From: Tubiluchus corallicola
Lineage: Eukaryota; Animalia; Priapulida
Assembly: GCA_030141605.1 (NCBI GenBank)
Contig: JAQGDQ010000463.1
Span: 1 to 64,000, forward strand
DNA: 64,000 bases
Reading direction: 5' to 3'
Part shown: piece by piece, positions 11,408 through 22,089 of the stretch
Layout of the letters: every line of letters begins with the position of its first letter
Numbering within the stretch: the first letter of the stretch is position 1
The notes under the pieces: model-generated
What the model was told of the DNA's origin: nothing
What the model saw: only the letters and a program-made list of their open reading frames with translations
Database searches by the model: none
Made by a program: the position numbers and the translations under genes

Positions 11408-12747
11408 ACGAATTATGGTTAAAATGTAAGCCAGTTCAGAACATGAGTATAGAGTGCTTTCAAATTTAGATGAAATCTGTAATTTTTCCAATTTTTTTAG
11501 AGCTACGTATTTTAGATTGACATGACGCATTTGTCTTATAGCACTGAGGTACACAACTTTTAAGATGGATACAAATCTTTTTAAAATAAATTGCATAGAG
11601 TGTCTTATTCTATCGCTATTTACAGGAAAAGCAATGAAAAAGTTGTTTAAATTACCTTTAGTCATTACATTACAAATTACTGTTACATAGATCATTTTCA
11701 GTTTTAGTATGTATAGTAATGTACGTAGTATAACTAAGACGTAAGCATAGTTACAATAAAAGAACTTAACTGTTTGATGTTTGGCGTTAAATATACAAAG
11801 GCTGCCATAATCACAAATAAATTTAGTAATGTTATGATAAGATACGTTAGAAATATCAACTATGATACAAGAAGTAAATTCGTATGGTTTCCAAAATGTA
11901 CCTATTAACACAAATAAAATAACTTTAACTTGCAGTTTTTTGCAGTAATACAGCAGCATAGTATCAAGCTTACACAGTAAAACGCTACACATGCGTGGTA
12001 AATTAATTTTAGAACGATCATAAGGATACTAATATCGGTTGTGAGTAAAAGGGCTTGTATAGAATACAGTACTATAAGAAGTAAATATTTCCTATTATGT
12101 AATAACGTGGGTGAGATAATTGTTATTATAATACTAATATACACAATTGTTACGTTATAATCTTTACACGAGTTAGGTAGGATTGGCCTATTTTGCCATA
12201 CTATGTAAAAATTCACTAGCAGCAGTGCTAAAAATGTTCTGTTATTCAGTGTCATCATTAAAATCATAATAGCATAGTAAAAAAGAGTTTTATAACAGGT
12301 TTACGCAGACTAGCTTTAAAGTTCAGAGTAATGTCTAAAACCAAGCTAAACGATACTAGGCCTATATGAACTTGGAGATACATTAGTTAGACAGTAAATA
12401 CACGCATACTGGCACAAGACACACATCGACTAGGAAACGCCCGTACCAGACGGAAAGTTACATTCACGCATGCAGAAATCACATTTAGATAAGAAGTTTA
12501 TGAGTATCAGTTTAAGTTAAAGGGAAAGTCGTATTATTTGCGGTATATTGTTTGAGTAATGGACGACGTATGAACTTAATTGAATTCGTCTTATTATAGC
12601 TTGAATAACATGTACTCACACCTACAGGAGCAATGCGGCTGATTAACACGCCAATTGTACGTGTTACGAACTTTTCAACATCGGTTCAATAGCCAGCAAA
12701 CAATCCCAACAGTGAGTAGGACCCTTACATCATTCTCTTCGACAGCT

Positions 12748-13197
12748 ATGCCTATAACAAACCAGCGAAATACTAATACGTTCGGACAGGAAAATGGGAC
12801 AATGGCTGATCTGCCACCTCTTATATACATAGACATGGATGACACGCAATCAGTTAGCAACATGTCTGTGGATTTTGACTCAGTTCAACACAATGACCCC
12901 ATGTGGACAGCACAAGATGTTGACGTACCAGAACTAAATATATACGGAAATTTTTCACCCGTCACACCACTTCTATCTCATGAGTCAATGACAGTCAGTC
13001 GTTCAGTGAGTCACGATTTTTGGGATGACCCAAATTTATTTTTACCCGACTTGGACAATACACCTATGACTCAAGAACAATCCACACAAATAGATGACCG
13101 AAACCCACATTACACCAGAACGGTGATGACAATTCAGACAAGAATGACACGTTACCCGAACCGAATAATTAAACGGTCTAATTCTTGCGAATTTTAA
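12748..13197 (+). CDS. Orphan acidic, probably disordered ORF (149 aa from first ATG), antisense to the adjacent LINE
   Basis: Frame open from 12643 to 13197 in AT-rich, non-repetitive DNA. D/S/T/P-rich with a basic C-terminus. No recognisable family. Confidence 0.4.
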   Translation: MPITNQRNTNTFGQENGTMADLPPLIYIDMDDTQSVSNMSVDFDSVQHNDPMWTAQDVDVPELNIYGNFSPVTPLLSHESMTVSRSVSHDFWDDPNLFLPDLDNTPMTQEQSTQIDDRNPHYTRTVMTIQTRMTRYPNRIIKRSNSCEF

Positions 13198-15384
13198 AAT
13201 TATTACTCCATTACGCAACGTAGACAGAGATTATCACATGGTGCGTTCAGTATTATTATTATGTATTAATGAATGATATATTGATATGGATGTATTGAGT
13301 ATAATTGAATGATTTGATATGTATTAGTTATTATGCATTCATGAATAATATTGATATATTGAGTATAGTTGGATTATTTGATATGTATTAGTTTTTATAG
13401 TAATATTATATTACTGTATTTATTGAACAATGTAATGATGATATATTTAGAAATTACAGGTTAGAAATATAAAACATGTCCGTACGCAATGTAATGTTAG
13501 TAAATACTGAACCGTTATGTTAAACAAGAACCACAAGTATGTAAACACATTGCCATAAGCACTGGCACGCTACTGGATCAGATTATATTGCTCCAGGTTA
13601 TACAGACATCTCACAATGCTGCTGACCAACGGTTAGTCAATGTTGACCAATGGATGGATGACGTAATGATTGACAGATAACGGTCGCTGTGGGTGGATGA
13701 AGTCATGACTGACAGTTAACGGTCACTTGTCATGCAAGCAGCCAATCAATGTTAAGCTAACTGTTGTCAAGTACATGTTCTACAAATAGTTGCTGACCAT
13801 TGACTATCAAGTCAGCAGATGAAGGAAGTCAGCAGAAGATAATACTAAGAATAGAATAGATATTAGATGTAAAACTAGACTTTCTAATAATAGCTCAGTG
13901 AAAACGAATGTAAGCAGTGTTAGAACGCTACAGGAGAAGTTGTTGTTACAGTTATTACGAGTGAGTTATGACTTGCGCTTTAACTATGTGTATTTGCTCT
14001 CACTTCAGTTGTTCACTCCTTTATGTTAATATGATGGATGTTTTTGTACTTCAATATACTACATGATCACATTTTATCTACGAGTTCAATTATTTCTATA
14101 CTTTGAGAAAAATACTACAATAACAAACTACAGGACGACAAAACATTATTATTAATGGGATACAGACAGTGAAACCTAAACTGGGCTTCTAATTGAATTC
14201 AAAACACTCAACAAAATATAAAAACGTTTTATCAATTACATGCACCTGGAGAAATTGCAGACCTATAATGCATTCAATTTCTTCATCCTGTGTCATTTCT
14301 TAAGAAACTACATAATCTAGGTATTTGAGAAAAGGTAACAAGTAGTATTTTTAATTATAAAATAAAGCATCGATTAGTTGTGCCAGATAAACCGAATTAA
14401 GAATTTCCAGCAATGAGTGTGGTACAGTTAGTGCTATAAATGCTTTCTCTTTGATAACAGTTCTTCACTACTAAAATGCATGTCATTAATTATGCTTTGG
14501 TTAACATTTATATTTTACTATGCAATAATATGTATAACAAAAACGATGAAAATATCAATTAGATGTGCCTGGCAGAATGTTATTAATACATTAAAACAGG
14601 TGTAATCAAGGTAGTGCATATCCAATGATAAAATATTACAGGTTCATAAGTATTTTTTATGAAAAAATACGTTTAAAATGCTTTCAGATTAGTTCTACAA
14701 AGAATTAATAAATGCGTTGTCATGAGAACGCAGTTTCTTCATCGCAGATTTTTACTTGTACAAGAGGAAAACTGGACATGGCACTAAACACACAAGAATC
14801 TCTTCAACGGCTATGTGTAACCAACTAAATACCACTTTCTAAAACGCATAGTTTTCATAGGGCAAATTTCGTAATACTTACAAAAATGCTGTTTTCCTGG
14901 TTTTCCCTGTAAAAATATTTCCTAGCAGAAATGTGGAGGCACAAAATGTTTATGAATAATATCTGTTTTACATTATAGTGGGCTATCAAAAATTATATTA
15001 ACGCTTAACTACCAACTGAATTGGCATCTTATATAACCCCCTAAAGTTGACAACTTAGCACACTTTCATAAAAGATTCATTTTCACACCTGTTAAGCCTA
15101 CGGTAAAACATCATTCGGGTGCATTTTGGATGCTGGAAAAACTGTTGCTGTGATGCTATATGACTTAAAATGCGAGCGGTTTTTTAAATTTTAACTGCCC
15201 GTCGTTTCAAAACAATTTAATTATTTTAAATCTGTTTTTTAACTAAATATACGTTTATAGCGCTTTCAGATGAGCATACTTGCAGCTATGGTGGCACATT
15301 CTATAACTTTTTGTACATTTGTCCAAGGAATGCTAATATGGAAATACAAAATAATGCATTGATTCTTGTTTGGTATATCACATA

Positions 15385-15600
15385 CAGAAGTTACAACTGT
15401 ACAAGAAAAGAGCAAAGCTGGATTTAAGAAAATATTTTATCAGCCATAGGTTAATTGATTTGTGGAATGGCTTACCTCAAAAGGCTATCGAAGCAGTTTA
15501 TCAGTTTAAAGAGGCCATCCAAAAGTATGTTAATGCCATTGAAGAACGAAATATAGATTGGATCCACGAGAAACACGTCTGCAAACACTGAGTTTTTCTA
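15385..15600 (+). mobile_element. CR1 LINE 3' end fragment
   Basis: KLQLYKKRAKLDLRKYFISHRLIDLWNGLPQKAIEA..FK is the typical CR1 C-terminal R..FFS.RV...WN.LP block. Confidence 0.85.
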
Positions 15601-15899
15601 CAGCACGGTATTCGTATCCTTAGTTATAGATGCCTAGTTTTTGCTCTACGTATGTGTATATAGTGATTAGTGTATCTAATGTGCCAAATCATTACAATAT
15701 CTTAGTTTTTGTGCAAGCACCACAAAAAAGTTTGTTTAGAGATTGAGTGTATGATATAACCCAGTTTTGGGTTCCTTACACAATGGCAACCAAAATTAGT
15801 CTCAAAAATAGCCAAAATAATTGGGGAGCTGCAAAGGTGAGTTTATCACATAACTAACACTAACATAATAAATAACATTGTTGTCAAATGGTCTATTGA

Positions 15900-18720
15900 T
15901 GCGCAACTGGCTAGGCTGTATTGGCTGAAAAGGAAGCAGATTGCGTCAGGCTTCCCTGCCCCACACTTCGGTGTGCGATAGCCTCTCATAGACAAGTCCT
16001 ACACAGTGCCTCCCCCTGGCGACATACGGGCAACTGGGTACCTTGTGTGCCCAGGCTGAACTGTGAGGGCTCGGAGGAGGTCAGCCCCAAGAGGTGCGGT
16101 ATGCAGGCCCGCCGGCGTGCGGACATGCCCTGGTACCCACTAACTTGACCCCCAGCTATGGGCAAATAGCCTCACTGCCTTGTGAGTATGCACTAGGGAT
16201 AGTGTAAGGCTAAGGGAAACAACCCTGACAGAAATATCGGAGTGGAGCTCCGTAGGCAGGTTGACAAGATCACCGATCATCTTCCTGGCAACTCCTGCAA
16301 CCAAGCTGATGCCAGATGTATTGCTCTGCATTCCTCTGGACAACATCAGGGCTGTCAAGAGGGGGATCTTGACGTTCGGGCAGCCCAGGATCTCCATAGT
16401 ATTCGCCCAGGCACCATGGAGAGGACACTCCATCTTTATGTCACACATAAAGGCACAACACGGGAGGCAGCAGTTACGGGTTATAAGTCCACGCTCATTT
16501 GGCGAAGAGTAGGGCGCCACGGTTTGTCTCCGACGGTGGGAGGGGCCTTCGAGCCCCAATGATCAGCTACCGCCCGCCTTAAGCTGGGCAGCCCCCATCC
16601 AGTTAGGTGTTGATCCGCCACAGTCTGTCTGCTTCTTGCGGGTGCAAGGAGCTTATGATGTACATCAGACAAGCAGACTGAAAACAGTTCACCCAGGAAA
16701 ACAAACAGGAAAAAGAAGTTGCCAGCACTTCGAATAGCAAGCTGGAATGTGAGAACAATGATGCCAGGACTATCAAGCGATCTACAACAGATTAGCGACA
16801 CAGTTCATTATGCCAAGCCAAAAGGTTTGCCCAAGATAAACACTGCCCGCACAAAGGATGCACAGAGGACAAGCCACTTTGTCGCGTCTGCAAGCACTAT
16901 TTCCGGCACTGATGAAGACGTCAGCAGAAGCCAGATGGTCGTTTCTTAGTAAAAATATCCTTGCCTACGCCATTGATTCATATCGCAAAAGAACAAAACC
17001 GAACAAAGACTGGTTCGAAGCAAATCTCCAAACACTGGAGCCGCTTATCGAAGCCAAAAGACAAGCTCTGATCAAGTGGAAACAGCATCCTACACAGGAA
17101 AATCTCAGACTCCTATGCAAAGCCAGAGCTGAAAGCCAGGAAATGGCAAGGGTATGTGCAAATAACAACTGGCTGGACTTGTGCGACAAGATTTATCAGG
17201 CATCCTCAACTGGCAACATAAGAGCCATGTATGAAGGTATCAAGCAAGCCACTGGTCCAACCACAAAGAAAACAGCCCCCCACAAGTCCAAAGAAGGAAA
17301 CATAATCACTGATCGCAGCAAGCAGATGGAAAGATGGGTTGAGCACTATCTAGAGCTCTATTCAACTGGAAACACTGTATCTGAAGATGCTCTCAACAGT
17401 ATTCCCGAGCTCCCAACTTGATGCTGAGCCCACCCTCGAAGACCTTGAAAAGGCTATAAATGCACTATCAAGCGGTAAAGCACCTGGAAACGATGCTATA
17501 CCCCCAGAGGTGATAAAAGAAGGGAAATCCGGCCTGCTGCCGCATCTTCATGAGCTACTCTGCCTATGCTGGAAAGAAGGGGAAGTACCACAGGGCATGA
17601 GGGACTCCAAGATAGTAACCCTCTACAAAAACAAAGGTGACCGCTCGGACTGCAACAACTACCGCGGAATATCTCTACTAAGCATTGTAGGCAAGGTGTT
17701 CGCTCGTGTTATGCTGACAAGACTGCAGGCCATTGCTGAACGAGTTTATCCAGAGTCTCAGTGTGGCTTTAGATCAGGTTGCTCAACAATCGACATGATA
17801 GTCTCTGTGAGACAACTTCAAGAAAAATGCAGGGAACAGCGTCAAGCTTAGCTTTTGTTGACCTCAGCAAGGCGTTTGACCTGGTCAGCCACAGCGGATT
17901 ATTCAGTCTTCTTCAGCATATAGGCTGCCCACCAAAGCTTCAAAGTCTAATCAAGTCCTTCCACACACATCCGACCATCTCACAGAACCTATCCCTTGAT
18001 GCTGAGATAAATGCTCGCATTGGAAAAGCAACAGGAGTCCAAGCTGACAAACAGAGTTTGGGAAAACAAAAACCTTACTCTCAGCACAAAGTTGAATGTC
18101 TACAATGCTTGTGTTATCAGCACCCTCCTATATGGCAGCAAGACATGGTCCACCTACACAAGACAGGAGACCAGACTCAACTCATACCACATGAGATGCC
18201 TGCGTCGGCTTCTTGGTATTAGGTGGGAAGACAGAATTACCAACCAAGACAACATCAATCTTTGCCATCCTGAGTTAGAGGCTCTTACGCTGGCTAGGTC
18301 ATGTCAGATGCATGTACAAGGGTCGTCTTCCAAAGGATATGCTGTACGGCCAACTCGAGGAAGGCACGCGTCCGTCCGGTCGGCCTCGCCTGAGGTTCTC
18401 TGATGTCTGCAAAAGAGGCCTCAAAGGCACTCACATAGGAAGTTCATGGGAAACCAAGGCAGATGACCATCCAGCTTGGAGACAAGCAGTCAGCGAGGGC
18501 AATTAAGAAGGCCGAGGAGGACAGGCATGAGAGACAACGTCAAAAGAGACTGGGAAGTAAAGCATCAACCAGTTCTCTCAACGACTCCGTTTTCACCTGT
18601 AGGGACTGCGGCAGAGACTGCCATTCCAGGATCGGGCTCTACAGTCACAGCAGACGCTGCTCCAGCTCCACTTCGTGGCGCAACCCATCTCTTCATAGAC
18701 GGACGGAGGCCGACGAACAC
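15900..18720 (+). mobile_element. RTE-clade LINE with both ends present but internally deleted and frameshifted
   Basis: GC-rich 5' UTR; LRIASWNVRTM (APE start); GKAPGNDAIPPE, LYKNKGDRSDCNNYRGISLLSIVGKVFARV, PESQCGFRSG.STIDM, FVDLSKAFD; STLLYGSKTW; RLPKDMLYGQL; terminal CRDCGRDCHSRIGLYSHSRRC. Confidence 0.95.
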
Positions 18721-19858
18721 TTGAAGAATTCTGTTAAATAATGTACGTTATCAGGTTTTTACATATTTGCAGTGCACGTGGTAATGAATAAAAAAGATTA
18801 CCTTTATTTGTTCACCTCATGTAATTCTTATAATAATTCTACGGACCACGAAAAAACAGAATTCACAGAAAGCATCACATGGCCGCTTAGCAGACATTTT
18901 TTAAGTAACTGTCAGTATCACATGATCGCAACAGCAGCCACATCTATTGCAAAAAATTGAGTCTTTCAGTTCCGGATTGAAATGAGGGACATGTCAGTAA
19001 GTGCCCGTATTTGCAGCTAAATACTCTTTTCGTTGTATCTCGGACTATCTAGTCGATAGATAGGACATACGGCAGGAAGCACAAAATATCTATCAAATCT
19101 GTTATGTATAATGCCCCAGACCGCATGGTCAATAAAGTAGTTCGGCAACACGCATCATTAATGGCTTAGTGATTTAAAATTATTTCTACTAGATAGAAAT
19201 CCACGAATATCAATATAAATCAAAATCGAAACTAAGGACGGGTAACATTTACGGAAGAGAAGTTCTGATATTACAAGGACAGTGACGGTAATGATTTTTT
19301 TGTCACAATTTTGTTCACAAAATGACATTTATTCCACAAATTCTGTGCATTATATCTGATTTTAGCATTATTATGATGCATCTATTGTGAAAATTTTAGA
19401 AATACTATTGCAGAAAGAGGAAATTTACGTGAGAAGAACACGAGGATACAAAACGGCCTATTTTCAGAGAATCATCCTATTCCGTTTAGTGCAACTCCCT
19501 AAAGAGAGTACAGCTTAATAATTTATGTGTACCTACTTATTACTTAACTAACTACCCTCAAAGTCTAATCTACCGTCCGACGGCGTAGGGGCCATAGCTT
19601 AACATGAATATAGTTTTTTGCAGAAGGTGGCGCGTCGTTCTTTAATGGCGTTGCTTGTCACCTACTCACCAATGCACAATTATTATTTTTTTATTAACTG
19701 GTTGGTGGATAGCTGAGTAAGATCGATTTTGTAAGTGTAGTTTGGCGATAGAAAATTTTTAGACATATTTTATAATTATATTGTAATTTTTATAAGTACA
19801 AAAGAGAAAAGGTTATTTGGGAAGGTGATTCGTTGGTATTGTGTAAGGTTGTTACGTG

Positions 19859-20329
19859 GGCGCTATTACACTTTCGCACCGCCTAGCTTTTCCTGGCCTA
19901 TTGGTTGTTTTCACATACGCTGTCATATACGAGGAAATTATTTTAGACGACTACAGTTATTTATCATTAAATTTATTTATTACTGTAGTATTATTACTAT
20001 TAGATTATAAAAAAAGTAAAGGTTTTTTCTTTATTTCGTAAATGCGGTGAAGATGAAAGTGTGTCACGTGCCTTTTAAGCTAGGCCCTGATAATGCATAA
20101 ACTAGTACGAAATTCGTCACGTGACCACACACACAAACAAGATGGCGATACTGTGGCGAACTGTGAATACAGCGTAATTATTGGTAATTATGCCTAAATA
20201 AGATTAAATTACAATTAGATTAGCGGAAACATTCACTGATGACGTAAGAATAATAGAATGATGACTTACGAGCCTAAAAACGCGTAATAACCTATAAAAA
20301 GCTAGGCGGTGCGAAAGTGTAATAGCGCC
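19859..20329. mobile_element. MITE, 471 bp, perfect 33-bp TIRs, ~8-bp TSD (Merlin/MULE/hAT-like)
   Basis: ggcgctattacactttcgcaccgcctagctttt at 19859-19891 and its exact reverse complement at 20297-20329. Flanks are gttacgtg / attacgtg. Confidence 0.92.
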
Positions 20330-20694
20330 ATTACGTGTACTTTCCTGTCATTTGGAAGTTTGGCTACGTATTGATGAAATGTTGTGAAATGGGAATTACA
20401 AATCTCGTTTTAGGTTATTCATTTTTAAATTTTTGGTTAAGTGTCAGCTTTTGACACTTGACTGCCCCACTTTGATATGAAAGGTGCGCGCATAAAATGT
20501 GCTGTCCGTGCACCTTGTGATTCAACCCAATAATTTTCGCTGAAACCATTAGGATTTTTTTAGTTTAGGGGTGGAGCATGTGAACTGTTCTGGATTCACA
20601 GTGGGTCAGCAGTGCGAGGTAGCAAGTTAGCACCATCTAAAATTTCATTACTGTATCCTTCGACGGTAACGGTAATTTTTTGTAGCCTAAAAAT

Positions 20695-21428
20695 TAGTGT
20701 TTCTATCTGGTACCCGCGCACTTACCCTCATTGTTTATTACCCGAGCCTAATATTTTTACCCGGTTCCAACAATGACCTTATTTGTAATAAGATGTCCAT
20801 TGTTAGAGAATTTAAAATTTAGATAGCATCTGTAGGCACTTCTGCTGTGCATTTCTACACTAAGTACCTACTAGCAAACTATTACCAGCCTGCAGGGAGA
20901 TATCAGATCAAATCATTTTTGCCGCAAGTGTGACTGACAAAAAACAAATTAGGATTTCTTTACCAAGAGGTTAATTATCCAAATGAAATTGTTTGTTTGC
21001 ATTTAAAAACCTATTTCAGGCCACTAAAAAAGATGTGAATAAATGGAATGTGAAGTGTACCAGCTCCCAAAAAGGATAGTATACATTATTTTATTCCCTT
21101 AATCCCTACACTGTATTAATAGTGCTCATTGCGGTACCTAGGCAAACATAGATGACCCATTGATAAAGTGAGCAATTAAGTAATTAAGAAGTCTAGTAGA
21201 TAGAAACTCGGTCAAAAGCCTTGTGAGGCAAAACACTAACTTTCGCGACTCACAGCTCATGTGTTCAGGCCATCAGCATGTAATAACTGAAACCTTTTTT
21301 GGTAACATAGTAACGCAGTTAGTGAAAATGCACCAGTGGTTGTTTTATTTATGTTGAATCTTAACAATCTGGTACCCAGGTAAAAAAAGGGTACCCGAGT
21401 CAGATTTTTGCTACCCGAATAAACACTA
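20695..21428. mobile_element. Non-autonomous hAT-like element, 734 bp
   Basis: TIR TAGTGTTT / AAACACTA, perfect 8-bp TSD ctaaaaat (20687-20694 and 21429-21436), and subterminal tacccg/ggtaccc repeats at both ends. Confidence 0.88.
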
Positions 21429-22089
21429 CTAAAAATGAGGCCAACTCAGAACTTATTTACAACAGTGATGAAGGAATATTGTCAGGTGAGAATTAGGAAA
21501 CATTAAGTTCTTGCCAAGGTAGTTGTGTTGTGACTAACGTGATGCAGAAACAGCAAAAGCGGTCAAAATCATGACAAATACAATGCCAGAAATACCCAGA
21601 TAAAATTCCTTGAAAATACCGAGATTTGTCGAACTGGCGCTGCGTTTCCTTTGCAGTGATTTTGCGTCGATTTTTTAACCCTATGACAGGTTAAAAAATA
21701 TCAGCCTATACGTTTATAATTGCCATCCACTTTTTATTTCATTTTCGTCAAATATTTTAAATATTTGCACAATTGACATGATTCTTAGAACGCTGTGTTA
21801 TTTGAAGCTTTAGCGATAGTATTAGGATTGAAGAAGATAAAGTTGCCGCTATAACATTGGTAAATTGAACATGTGAAAATATAGTTCACGTATGCTCAAC
21901 ATTGAAATGGATATCGTTTTTCCTGTCAATGGTTACACTACTAATCTCATTAGCGTCATTGAAATTTTGTAGTTTTGGCATGACGTGACCTATGCAGATC
22001 TGTGACAGATCCTCAGTTTATGCTTCAACCAGCTTATTATTCAATTAATGGAGATAGAAATTTTACAGCACATACCAGACAGGTTCAGC

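Larger units (their letters stand above)
10165..12270 (-). mobile_element. 5' half of an APE-type LINE (CR1/L2/Jockey group): hydrophobic ORFs, 2A-like motif, poly-Asn, APE endonuclease; RT missing
   Basis: ORF 10210-11256 has APE motifs FLNINIQSL, GITETWL, KKGGGVAMY, GTIYRPPN, LIMGDFNLD, PTRIS..SATVIDH and SDH. The overlapping upstream ORF 11243-11992 contains LLLILGGIETNPGP. Homology continues via a frameshift to ~10165 and then stops. Confidence 0.9.

Noticed and set aside
15921-16801. Overlapping ORFs in the RTE 5' region
   Set aside because: Expected by chance in a GC-rich UTR; no recognisable domain.
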